A stretch of DNA of 64,000 nucleotides. Origin: Eledone cirrhosa. Its lineage: Eukaryota. The notes below the pieces were generated by a model. It worked only from the letters and a program-made list of their open reading frames with translations. It was not told the origin of the DNA and searched no databases. Below, in pieces: positions 13,213 to 25,760 of this stretch (its first letter is position 1; each line of letters opens with the position of its first letter). The DNA lies in NCBI GenBank assembly GCA_964016885.1, contig OZ024743.1, forward strand, positions 169,756,001 to 169,820,000, written 5' to 3'. The position numbers and the translations under genes were made by a program.

Positions 13213-14180
13213 CTACAAATGAAATAAAATTTAGTTATCAAATATATAAAAAAAAAGGATATACATATATGCATAAACACACACACACATACACATATAT
13301 AAACATACCCACACAGACACAGGCACACATATATATATAGAATAGAATTAGGATTTAGCTTCAGGCATAGCTGTATTCAGATATGTATTGGAATTTTGTA
13401 TTTCTAAAGAAACATGCATGTTTATGGGTAAACATTTAGAAAGCCATAGCTATGCAAAAAACACTAGGGGCTATCACCCTCTGGTATCTCCCTCTCTCAC
13501 CTTCGTTTAACGTCTATCTTCCATATTTATATACACATATGTATATACATATATAAAAAAAGATATATACAAATAAAAAAGGTAGACATAAAAGTAACGG
13601 GGATAAATGGAAATGAAAAAGCCCTTATGCAAGAAAATAATTATTATTGACTCAATAATATAAATGGGTAAAAATATATGAAAAAGAAGTTGAAAATGCA
13701 ATTGGAGTCTTTAAGAAGGTTTGTTTACAATAATTTATAATTTTACCAGCTTCAAAAGTTTTATGATTTTCAAAAGTGGCTATGCCGATATGTAACTTGC
13801 ATCTAACTGATATTGGAAATTTCTTTCAGTTTTATGCAAAAAATGTGGTTCAGATTGCTATAAGTATAATTTGATAAACAGGATCATCGCGTGGTTAGGC
13901 ACTGAATTTGGTGGTACTTTCATGCCAAAAAATGGGAGTGTCATGGTGATTATGGACTGCAGCAATTCATGCCTATTTTCCGCATGTTCAATAAAGGGAA
14001 GTTGGTATTGTCTTTGTGGCAATCCTTAAAATTCAAAAGTCAGGAATTTTGTTTTTATGTGTGTGTAGCTAATTTTTGTGTTTCCTGCTACGTCCAAATA
14101 ATAATAACCATAACAACAGCAACAAAAATAGCAATAATAATAATTATTACTATTACTATCACCATTGTAATGAATAATGC

Positions 14181-14425
14181 TTTCTTTATTAACCACAAGG
14201 GTTTACACAAAGTAGACATTAAGGACAGTACAGGACAATACAGGACGGTACAAAAGGGCATTTCTGCATGTAAAAAAACAAAAAAACAGAGGATATAATA
14301 ATAGAACAATGAAAAAATTCCCCAATAGGGGGGAGACTTCTGAGGGCCATCGTGGAGAAGCCCATTAAAAAGCCACGGTGACCCTGACCACCAGGGCAAT
14401 TGTCCTCTGGAGGGTAGTTAAAGTC
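14181..14425 (-). mobile_element. Tx1/L1-clade LINE 3' UTR fragment
   Basis: Reverse strand reads CCTATTGGGGAATTTT...CCCTTGTGGTTAATAAAGAAAG-CATTATT, the same 3' end as the other Tx1 copies. Confidence 0.75.
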
Positions 14426-14429
14426 TATT

Positions 14430-14670
14430 CAGACGTGGTTTGTATTTTTTAATAAATATATTTTATTTATTTGTGTTTGGTCTGTAGCATTATCTGGACA
14501 ATGGTATAATGGGAAAACCTGGAATTTAGGGAGTGGTATTTGTCTTGTGGCGGAGTCTCTTAATTGCTGGCAGCGAATTGTCATTCTGTTTCTGAGGGTG
14601 AATTTGGTGAGCCCTAATATAATCTTCGTTACACCCTTTACATTTAATGGCATATATTAAATTGTTTGTT
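14430..14670 (-). mobile_element. Penelope-like GIY-YIG endonuclease fragment
   Basis: NLIYAIKCKGCNEDYI followed (frameshift) by GLTKFTLRNRMTIRCQQLRD. Confidence 0.7.
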
Positions 14671-15089
14671 GCACAGGTCAAATTATTTTTTCACAAAAAA
14701 GTTTGTCATGATTTAAATCATGAGTTACAAATTCAATGAAAAATCCTTTGTGTAATACTTAGGAACACACAAACACTTTAATTATGTCTTTAAATATTGT
14801 ATAATGTCTTTTACACTATCACTCCTTAATATATAACTATGTATAGCACCACTTAACCCCTATCCTCCTCCCCTTCCATACACCTCCCATGCCCTAACAC
14901 TCCATCCACATCCTAATTACCCCCCCCCCCTTCTCCCATGCCTTTACCCCCCCCCCCCCCAGCACACTGTAAAGTCGTCACAGCTATTTGTGATTCGAGG
15001 CATGAAAGCTTGCAGAATTAATTTGTACTTCTGTAACAGGCAATGTGAACATTGTGTAGATATGTTGTTTTTTTTTAACAGTCCTTCAT

Positions 15090-15955
15090 TGGTTCATGCA
15101 ATCTAGGATTCCTAGATATTTGTATCTGTCATCACTTGGATCACTCAATCATTTACCAGATGAGAATTTTCATGTTGATAACTGCACATTTTGTGATGTC
15201 AAATTCCATGCCTATGTCCTGGCTGAACTATCTATACTAGCAGCTTTATTTGTGTTTCAGACAAACAGCTTTAAATCATCCATAAAAAGCAGGTGGTTTA
15301 AAGATGTTAGAAGTACCTTTCCCCCAACACATACCCTATCCTCACTTTCCTTAGCACTAATGATTTTGGCATAAGAGCAATGGGGAAAAGGATTCATCCT
15401 GAAAAATACCTCTATTCATATTCACATTGCCTAGGGATCTATTATATGTGTAGACATTAGTTCTCTAATCCTTCATGCTAGAGTCTACCAATTTGCTTAG
15501 GTTATTTGTCACCTTTGTAGATTCAAGAATCTATGAATGCGGCAACCATATTGTTTCCCCATTGATGTTTCATGCAGTTTTTTTGTTCTATTAGAGTGTT
15601 CCAGTTATCAGTTTCCAAAGCGGGCTTAAGCAGACAATAGGTCTGTAAATTTTACCTACAGGACTATTTCATAGGGTCCTTCAGAATAAGAGTGGTCTGT
15701 CCTTTAACCATCCAGCTTGGCACCTCACTCTGTGCAACACATTCATTAAGATGGACATCAATGGATGCTGTCTAGTTCAGGAGCCTTCCACTTTGATAAT
15801 CTTTTATCTTACATATTGATGTCATCACTATTGATTGTAACTGGGTCTTGTTTGTGTATTTCTTCAAGCTGTCTTCGGATATCACCAATCCACTCAGAAA
15901 TTATGCTGTTGTTTGCAGATGTACACCACAGATTGCTCCAGAAGGTTGCAGCTTC
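15090..15955 (-). mobile_element. R4/Dong-like non-LTR retrotransposon RT fragment
   Basis: Reverse-strand remnants KWKAPELDSI, VPSWMVKGQTTL, YRPIVCL, RGIFQDESFSP, LNHLLFMDDLKLF and IGMEF. Confidence 0.75.
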
Positions 15956-16139
15956 GTGTGGATATATATGCATATATACACATATGTACACGCACATATA
16001 TATATAAATTGAGTATAAAGTTTGATTGTTCTTAGCTATCACATCATGAGGTATATCTGCATAGTGTTCATATCATCTGTTAGGATATGATGTTGGGCTG
16101 TAATATAAAAATGTTTTATAGTTTATGTTTACAACCTGA

Positions 16140-16730
16140 AATTGCCTAGGATTTTTTGTTTAAAATACGTTCGTTGACATAAAGGATTTTTAGGGCTTTA
16201 ACGGCACAAAGATCACAAGGTCTTTTATTTCCATTATAGGATCTAACTTCAGCTAAGATCTCCCAGTATATCATATACCGGATGTTATTGTCTTTTAAAC
16301 TCCAGATATAGGTTGAAACTGAAGTATATTCTTTCTTAAAGGGTTTGGAAATGAATGAGAGTGCATATATAAACACTGCTTACCCCTTTAGCATTTAAAC
16401 CGGCCATATCCTGCCAGAATTCTCTCACCCCTTTCTGTTCAATCTGGTCATAACTGGCCACTCATACTGATGTTAAGGTATTGTTCTCAAAATATATAAT
16501 ATCAAAATCTCGATTCGATATTATGTAAGATAAAGCCTTTACCACAAAAATAGTATATATAGAGTAATGTAAATGCTAAAGGGTTAAATCTATTGGCAAT
16601 TAATGCTATGTAAGCCTTACTAGTAGTAGGTGTATCAACCTTTCATTTATAAACTATATTGCTAGATAGGCATTTCTCAGCTAAAGGGCAGTAGTCTCTA
16701 TTGATACAATTGTAACTAGAATTCAATTTT
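16140..16730 (-). mobile_element. Penelope-like GIY-YIG domain interrupted by a MITE
   Basis: NCINRDYCPLAEKCLSSNIVY..AYIALIANRF | KQCLYMH..YIWSLKDNNI..WEIL..CDLC..ILNKKS. Confidence 0.8.
16380..16587. mobile_element. piggyBac-type MITE
   Basis: TIR CCCTTTAGCATTTA / TAAATGCTAAAGGG, flanked by TTAC (mutated TTAA) and TTAA. Removing it rejoins the Penelope reading frame. Confidence 0.8.
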
Positions 16731-17294
16731 TTTCAAAGCAAGAATTTTTCATCTCAAGAGAATGTCTTTGCACGCTTCCATTATGTCTTTCTATTTTCTA
16801 GGCAATATTTCGTCGGATTTTTCTTTTCAAATATTTGAATCTGCATCTACAGATTAATATTTCTCAGTTTCAGATGATCCCACTTAGGGTGAAAGCAGAA
16901 ATTATTTGCTTAAACTTTTAATCTGTGCTAATCTATATATATATATTAGCAGATGTCTGTGTATTTGTATGTCTGTGCATAATGCCAATGAGGGTGTGAG
17001 AGGGGAGAGAAAACGACAGAGAGAAGAGAGAAAGAAACAGAGAGAGAGAACAAGTTTCTATAGAAGTTGCAAGAGAGGGGGATAGCGGGAGAGAGATGCT
17101 GTGTTTGATACTGTATGTATGTGTCAGTATAGATACATGTGTGTGGAAATAAGAGGGGAAGGAAAGCAATAGCTATTAACATATGTGTCCAATTATGTCC
17201 AAAATTTGAAGATTTGATTTAAACCCTCTCGCTAACTACCCCATACCCCTCCCACCCGCCCCCACTCTCCACCATTATTATTTGGACCAATCAT

Positions 17295-20200
17295 AAGTCA
17301 GCGGCCTATGCTATCACTTCTCCTGGTTGCTTTTCGATATGATGGATGGACTAAGAAATTCTGGAGAGTCTGATAAAGACAAATTCACCTCATGCTGCCG
17401 GACGAAAAGGCAAGGACTCCTCCTCTTTGTTTCGGCCGCGGATGGCCAACATAACCCCAACCCCAGCCCCCTCACCCCTCCCCACACCCCACCGTTCCCA
17501 CCCACCAAACGCAATCCAAAACTTCAGAGTTGGTACCATGAATGTAGGCACCTTAAAAGGTCGCTCTAACGAGGTTGTAGAAATGCTTGAACGTAAGGAG
17601 GTTGATGTTTGCTGTATCCAAGAGACCAGGTAGAGGGGTGGTTCTGCTAGATTCATTGTGGGTAAAAAACGATGCTATAAGCTTTTCTGGGTGGGGTAGG
17701 AATCATGTTAGCAGAAAAATAGGTAGATAAGATAATAGACGTAAATAGAGTGAACGACAGAATAATTAAAATAAGACTTGTCCTAAATAGAACTACTGTG
17801 ACAGTAATATCTGCGTATGCACCCCAATCCGGACTGCCTGGCGCTATAAAAGACAGATTCTTTGAGACATTGATGCTCACTACCTCCCAAATAACCGACA
17901 GTGACTACATAATTATTGCTGGTGACCTAAATGGTCACATTGGACAACATTATGACGGCTATGACGGAATCCATGGAGGCTATGGGTTTGGTACTAGAAA
18001 TGAGGAAGGCTCCAGAATCCTGGAATTCTGCGACGCAAATAACCTAACTATCTGTAACACTAACTTCAAAAAACGAGACAATCACTTGATCACTTATAGA
18101 TCAGGGGAACACACCAGTCAGATAGATTATATCCTTACCAGAAGACGTGATAGAGTGTCTGTTGTAAACACTAAATCCCTCCCCCATGAAGAATGCACCT
18201 CCCAACATAGACTCATAGTCAGGACAAGATGTACTCGACAACAGAGGAGGACTCCTCAGGAGAAAAATATGGAAGCTAAAGGACCCCACAGCCAGTAATA
18301 AATTTAAAAGCATATTACTTGATGCTTTCGACAGTAAGGAAGAGCAATTAGAGTTGTACAATATAGCGGAACAGTGGGAATTCCTGAAAGCTAACTTACT
18401 GAAGGCGGCAGATGAAGTCTGTGGCTGGAGCAGGCCTATAGGCAGGAGGAGAGTAACGTGGTGGTGGAAGAGTAAGGTGGAGGAGTCAATTAAGGCCAAA
18501 AAGCAGGCTTGGAAAGTATGGCGGGATGGGGGAAGTAGAGAAGACTATCAAGTGGCCAGGAGGGAAGCTAGGAGACAAGTGTACTTCGCAAGAAGGGAAG
18601 CAGAGGAAAGAAAGTTCAAGCATGTTCTACAACGCGAGGACCAAAAACGTGAGGTGTTCAGGATTGCTAGGCAATGTGTCAAGGAAAACCGTGATATTGT
18701 CGGGGAGAAGTGTGTCCTTAATGATGATGGTGTACTTGCCATCACTGACGCTGATAAGAAGGTAGCTTGGAAGTGTCATTGTGAAAGGCTACTAAATGAG
18801 GAGAATAAATGGGAGAAAGACAGTCTCCCGCACATCGATCCAATAGAGGGACCAGCTAGTTGAAGGTAGTATAATAAGTAAGGCAATCAAAGATATGAAG
18901 ATGGGTAATGCGGCTGGGCCTTCGGAAATAGTTGCTGAAATGCTGAAAGCATCTGGAACGGTGGGACACACTATGGTCACCCGGATAGTAAACCAAGTCA
19001 TACAGAATGGGGCCGTTCCGAAGGACTGGCGTAGCAGCATCATCATTAACTGCTACAAGGGTAAAGGAGATGCCCTAGATAGGGGTAACTATAGAGGCAT
19101 AAAATTAATCGACCAGGTCATGAAGGTCACAGAAAAAGTAATAGAGCAACTAATCAGAGAACGAATTGATCTAGATGAAATGCAGTTCGGGTTTGTGTCA
19201 GGTAAAAGTACCACAGACGCTCTTTTCATTGTACGACAACTACAGGAGAAGTACCTAGCTAAAAGTAAACCTCTATACATAGCTTTTGTTGACTTTGAGA
19301 AAGCCTTTGACAGAGTCTTCCGCTCCATTATCTGGTGGGCGCTTAGAAAACTAGGTGTTGATGAATGGCTTGTGAGAGCTATACAAGCCATGTATAAAGA
19401 AACAGTCAGCAAGGTTAGAATTAACAACGAATATAGTGAAGAGTTTAGCGTAAAAGTTGGTGTTCATCAGGGCTCCGTTCTTAGCCCCTACTATTTAGTA
19501 TTGCCCTTCAGGCTATAACAGAGGAGTTCAAGACTGGCTGCCCATGGGAACTCCTATATGCAGATGATCTAACGCTCATAGCTGAATCAATGGCTGAACT
19601 AGAGAAGAAATTCCAAACATGGAAGCATGGCCTAGAATCAAAAGGCCTTAAAGTTAACTTGTCTAAGACTAAAGTTCTAGTTTGTAGGAAGGAAAATAGG
19701 GCACTGGTCTCATCTGGGAAATGGCCATGCTCAGTGTGTAGGAAAGGAGTAGGCAGAAACTCCATTTTCTGTCCCAAATGCAAAGTATGGGTGCATAAAA
19801 GATGTAGTGGGATCACAGGTAAGCTAACTAAGAATATAGATTTTATATGTGGCCGGTGCTCTGGTGCAATAAGTAGCAGCAAGTGCCCACAAATTACTAG
19901 CTCATTCCATTGCACAGATAGTTCTATAGAAATAGTGGACACCTTCCGTTACCTGGGTGACAAAATCAGCAGTGGGATAGGGTGCTCTGAAAGTACAGTA
20001 GCTAGAGTCAGAACGGGATGGAAAAAGTTCAGAGAGCTTATACCACTATTAGCCGCTAAAGGGTTCTCTCTAAAAATGAAAGGCAGGCTGTATGATGCCT
20101 GCATACGAACAGCAATGTTACATGGCAGTGAGACCTGGGCATTGTGTACAGAGGATATACGTAGACTGGAGAGGAATGAAGCTTGCATGCTCCGCTGGAT

Positions 20201-20900
20201 GTGTAATAGTAATATACGTGAACGGCAAAGCATAAACGAACTAAGGGAGAAATTAGGAATAAGAGGGATCAGATGTTGTTTACTCGAGAGAAGACTACGT
20301 TGGTACGGTCAAGTGTTGGTACGTTGGTACGGTCAGCTGTATAAAAAAGTGCAGGGCGATAAAAATAGACGGTAGCCATGGAGTAGGCAGACCCAGAAAA
20401 ACCTCGGACGACTTGATAAATTCTGACCTCACACACTTACACCTCTCCAAGACAATGTCACTGGACCGAGATCTTTGGCGCTACGCAGTAATACAGAAGA
20501 CCCGCCTTGCCTAAGTACAAAGCGAAACCTACAGTCAGTAGGCACCTCTAACAAAAATACACCCCTGTCCCACTACCCCCACCCCATCCACACCACCCCC
20601 TTCAATGTGAAGTTATGTTGGTACCACAACATCCAGTCCGAAACAAATGAGGTCGTGTAGGTGTCATGACAAAAATACACACAGTCCACGCTGTAATGTG
20701 GCCGTGTAGGGAACACGGTAAAAACCTCCCAGTCCACACTGTAAACGTGGTTGGTGTTAGGAAGGGCATCTAGCCGTAGAAAACCCACCAGACAGTCCTA
20801 TACGAGCAGGACAACCAATCTTGCCTCAAGTGGGAAAACTCCCATCCAAACCCATGCAAGCGTGGAAGATGGACGTTAAACGATGATAATGGTGATGATG
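17295..20900 (+). mobile_element. Near full-length RTE-clade LINE (APE-RT-PHD), inactivated
   Basis: GTMNVGTL..CCIQETR endonuclease start, all RT motifs, a C4HC3 finger, RRLRWYG, a structured 3' UTR and an (ATG)n tail. Several stops and frameshifts. Confidence 0.97.
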
Positions 20901-21239
20901 TGTGCATGTGTGTGTACGTAGACATGTGCGTGTTTGTGTGTGTGGCATTCCACAGAAAGTAAAAAACTATCAACATGTGTGTGTACATGTGTGTATGTGC
21001 ACACGTGCATGTTTGGTGTGTGTGTGAGTTTGTTTGTGGATGTTTGCATGTGTGTGTGTTTGTATTTTGTGTGCGTGTGTGCATTTTGTGTGCGTTTGCA
21101 TGCATGTGTGTGTGTGGGGGGGGGGCATTCCACAATGCCATTTATTTCAATCATTCTTGTGAAGATATTCATGTAACTTTCACTCATTTTTTCATTTAAT
21201 CCCCATTTTAATTTTCAAAAAAGTTTCCAAGAAAAATGT

Positions 21240-24200
21240 TCTCACTCTCTACAAGAGGAGACGGGATAGATGTACAGTGAAGCAAAGATGAGTACATGAG
21301 GAGAGCTGCTACGCGCAGGGACAATGAGTCACTATAGGCAAGAGGAAAATGGTTAGAACAATTACGTTAACAAAATGGAATCCACAGGAGACAAGAGTAA
21401 AAAAAGGAAAGAGAAAAATGTTTAAAGGATGCAAGACAAAGACAAGCTGCCAGAGTTGCCAATGAGATTAGACAAAGAAAATGAGATTAGACAAAGAAAA
21501 TGACAATGAGATTAGACGAAGAAAAAGCCAGGAGCAAACAGTTGCTGCAAGACTTTGCCAATCCTCAGAGGAAAGCCATAAGCATCTTGATCAAGATAGG
21601 CTGAATACATTTGATAAAAGAGTTGCACCTTTCAAGGGGACTTGGAAAAGATCAGCTTTCAACTATGATCCAAAACATGATTATTCTACAGAGAAATTGA
21701 TTGATATTAGAGCAATGTCAAAAGAGTGCAGTTTTTGTAAAGGAAAGAAATGGGAAAGAGAAACCTCCACTATGTGTTGTGGTGGAGGAACGGTTGTTTT
21801 ACCGACGTTTGGTACACCCCCAGATACTTTGAAGGCATTGCTTTTGGGAAACAGACCAAGGAGCATGCACTCCTTGAAAACATTACGAATTATAATTCTG
21901 CTTTCCAAATGACCTCCTTTGGTAGTAATATTTTAAGAGAAGGTAACATAAAGCCAACTTTTAAAGTTCAAGGTCAACTATACCATTGTATTGGATCCTT
22001 GTTGCCAACTGAAGGCAAAAACCCTCAGTTTTTTCAGCTATATTTTGTGGCAAATTACAAGGAGCAGGCTTTGCAATGGTCATTTAACCTTCCAAATTTG
22101 AAAGAAAAGTTAATCTGTGATCTGCAAGATATGTTGCATGCAAAGAATAGCTACATCAGAAGCTTCAAATATGCATTAAAATCTACACCACCCACTGAAT
22201 CCAAGATAGTTATTGATGCAGACAAAAAGCCTCTTGCCGAACACAGAGGCTGCTACAATGCCCCTGCCACAAATGAAGTAGCAGCAATTATTACAAGTGA
22301 CGAGTATGGGAAGAGAGATATTATTCAAGGAAGAGAGATATTATTCAAGGAAGAGGAAATAAGATGCAGTGGATAAATGCAACCCAACGATGATTTGATG
22401 CACTCCAGTATCCATCAATCTGTGTATTTGGCAAAGATGGATATCACTTTGGTATAAAAAAAAACAGATCTTAAAACAAGAGCTCCTGCACTGACAAAAA
22501 CAGTAAGCTGCATGGAATTCTATGCTTACCTTTTCATATTAAGAGAGCAAGACGTCAGTTTTTTTCATCGTTCATGTGAGCTCTTCCAGCAATTTGCAGT
22601 TGATATGTATGAACAAATTGAAGGAGAAAGGCTTCTTTACATTAGAACACATCTGAAAGATCTCCATGCATCAGATTACATTCACATGAGAGATGCAATC
22701 AGTAATGAAGGAGTATTGGCTGCTGATAACATGGAAGCTTTGTGTTATTCTTCCATCAAGCTTTACAGAAAGTCCACAGTATATGCATGAGTGTACCCAA
22801 GCTGCACTTACATATGTCAGACACTATGGTCATCCAGACCTCTTCATTACATTCACATGTAACCCAGCATGGCATGAAATAAAGAGTGAGCTTTATCATC
22901 ATGAAGAACCCAGAGATCACCATGATATTATAGCTAGGGTGTTCAGACTTAAAGTCATAAAGCTGATGTATCTCCTAAAAAAATGTGAAGTCTTTGGACC
23001 AGTCAAATGTGATATGCTCACAATTGAATGACTAAAACAAGGATTGCTACATGCCTGCATTTTGATTTGGTTACATGAAAAACTTTGGCCAAATGATATT
23101 GATTTATTTATCTCAGTTGAACTGCCTGATCCACAGCTAGATACTTTGCTGCATGAAATTGTCAAGTCCCAGATGATTCATGGCCCATGCATGAGGGATA
23201 ATGTGTACCAAGAACTACCCACATCCCTCTGTACAAGAAACCCAAACTGGAGAATGTGACTACCCCATTTAAAAAAGAAGAAAACCTGGTCATGGTGGAT
23301 TCACTTTTAAAAAAAAAAGAGAAATAGGCAAGAATGCATCATTGACAACTGTCCTCTTACAAAAACTTTCAAAGCCCATATCAATGTTGATTTCTGCAAC
23401 TCTGTTAAGTCTATTAAGTATGTTTGCAAATATATAAACAAAGTTTTAGATGTTGAAACACACTCTTATGCAGAATGGCAGTGAGCAGATAAATAAAAGT
23501 GACGAAGTTACACAGTATGAGAGAGGCAGATACATCAGTAGCAATGAGGCTTTTTGCCGCATCTTCAATTTTCCCATTCATGAGAGGCACCCAGCCATCA
23601 TTCATCTGAGTGTCCATCTAGAGAATGGCCAAAGGGTTATATTTACAAAACAAACAGCCTTGTCACAAGCACTTTCTCCAAAAGAAACTATCCTAACTGC
23701 CTTTTTTTAAGTTGTGCCAAGAAGATGAAGATGCAAGAAAACTCCTTTACCTAGAATTATATCAAGTATTACACCTGGAGAAACAATAAATGGCACAAGA
23801 GGAAATGTGGGGCTGACACTCTTGCAAGAGTTTACAATGTCCACCCAAGCCAAGCAGAATGCTACTACTTATGGCTCCTTTTGCATGAAGTACGTGGTCC
23901 CAAATCATTTCAAGATTTGAGGAGGGTAAATGGTCATGTGTGTGAAACTTATAGGGAAGCATACTTTGAACAAGGTTTCTTAGAAAATGATGAGCATTGG
24001 GACCTTGCATTGACTGAAGCATCAGTGTCAGATTTTCCAAGGAAACTCCGTAACCTTTTTGCAATTATACTGAACATGTGTCAACTTGGCAGTCCCCTAC
24101 AGCTTTGGATGAAACATCGTGAGGATATGGTTTAGGACTTAAAGTATGCAGTTGAACAGGCAAACCCAGATATCAATATTCAGTTCTCTGAAAAAATTTT

Positions 24201-25700
24201 TAACCAAGCACTGATTGAAATTGAGGATCAAGTTTTGGCCATGGGAGGCAAACATTTGCAAGAATCTGGTTCTGGACTGCCAAAAACAAACCGTCAAGTT
24301 AGTGCATTAACTTCAAGAGACAGCAAGTGAGACGAATTATAACATCACATGTATTTATTTGTGAATGAACATGAACCTAAACTTCTTCCAGAACAACACT
24401 GTGCATATGATAAAATTATTTCATCAGTCAGAGAAAAAAGTGGAGGAATTTTCTTTCTTGATGCTTCTGGTGGCACAAGTAAAACATTTGTAACAACATT
24501 GCTTCTATCCAAGGTAAGGCAGCAAAAAAGAATTGCAGTTGCTGTAACATCGTCTTGCATTGCTACCAGCCTTCTCCCAGGAGAACGAACAGCTCATTCT
24601 GCTTTTAAACTACCGCTAAACCTTGTCTCAAATGACAGTCCAATTTATAACATAAGCAAAGGTTCAGGTTCAGCAGAAGCGTTGCGCCAATGCCATCTGA
24701 TCATTTGGCATGAATACACCATGTCACATAGAGGTGCAATGGAAGCTCTTGATAAGACCTGACAGGACATAAGAGGCAACAATAAATCTATGGGAGGACT
24801 TACATTAGTTTTATCAAGAGATTTCAGACAGACATTACCAGTCATTCCGAGAGGAATAAGAGCTAATGAAATAAAAGCATGCATTAAGTCTTCACACCTA
24901 TGGAATAAAGTACAGAAATTCTCCTTCAACATGCGAGCTTTATTACATGGGATCCAATGTGTAGAACAGTTTTCAACCCAACTCCTCCAATTAGGAAATG
25001 GAAAAGTACCAATTATTGGGAATGGTGATATCAATTTGGATCATATTACTATCGTGGTGAATTCTCCAGCTGAATTGAAGAACAGGGTATTTCCAGACTT
25101 AAGTAATAATTATAATTCACATAAATGGTTGTGTGAAAGGGCAATTATTGCTTAAAAATATGAGACAGTAGCAAGGATTAACCACGAGCTAGTGAATAAG
25201 ATTCCAACAGTCATTAAGGAGTACAAATCAGTTGATTCAGTCCTTGATGAAAATCAAGCTGTCTACTAGCCAACAGAGTACCTTAATTCTCTTGAGCCTC
25301 CTGGAACTCCTCCACAGAAGAGTCCCAATAATGATTCTAAGAATTTTAGATCCTCCTAAATTATGCAATGGGACAAGGTTGATTATGAAGACATTATCAC
25401 TTAATGTGATAGAAGCTACCATCATCACTGGATGTTTCATTACAAGAATTCCAATCAAACCAACAGACATTCCATTTGAGTTCAAAACTAATGCAATTCC
25501 CAGTGCAACTTTGCTTTGCAATGTCTATTAATAAAGCTCAAAGTCAGACTTTGAAATCTACTGGCTTGCACTTAATTGAACCTTGCTTTTCTTGTGGTTG
25601 TTCCAGGGTGGGTAGCTTACAAGACTTATTTGTCTATACTCCAAACCAGAAAACAAAGAATGTTATTTACCCAGAAGCTTTTACAGAAGCATGTTATAGA
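21240..25700 (+). mobile_element. Decayed autonomous Helitron (Rep HUH endonuclease + PIF1-like helicase)
   Basis: FKVQGQLYH, HPDLFITFTCNPAW, GLLHACILIWL, SIKYVCKYINK, FFLDASGGTSKTF, RTAHSAFKLP, DFRQTLPVI, LCNGTRL and FAMSINKAQ. Confidence 0.95.
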
Positions 25701-25760
25701 ATTTATCCCCCTTCATAAAAGTGGTAAATTTAGTATTTTCATTTATTATTTTCTATTATT

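Noticed and set aside
17396-17436. Hairpin near the RTE 5' end as a self-cleaving ribozyme or frameshift signal
   Set aside because: Only a simple stem is visible with no HDV pseudoknot, and a single copy cannot distinguish a programmed frameshift from decay in the C-rich tract.
20770-21199. ORFs rich in C/V/Y/I/H/T (also 11039-11299, 30416-30710, 52688-53718)
   Set aside because: These are translations of (CA)n/(TA)n microsatellite DNA.
24349-25718. Host PIF1 helicase gene
   Set aside because: It is fused to Helitron Rep motifs, intronless and riddled with stops, so it is transposon-derived.
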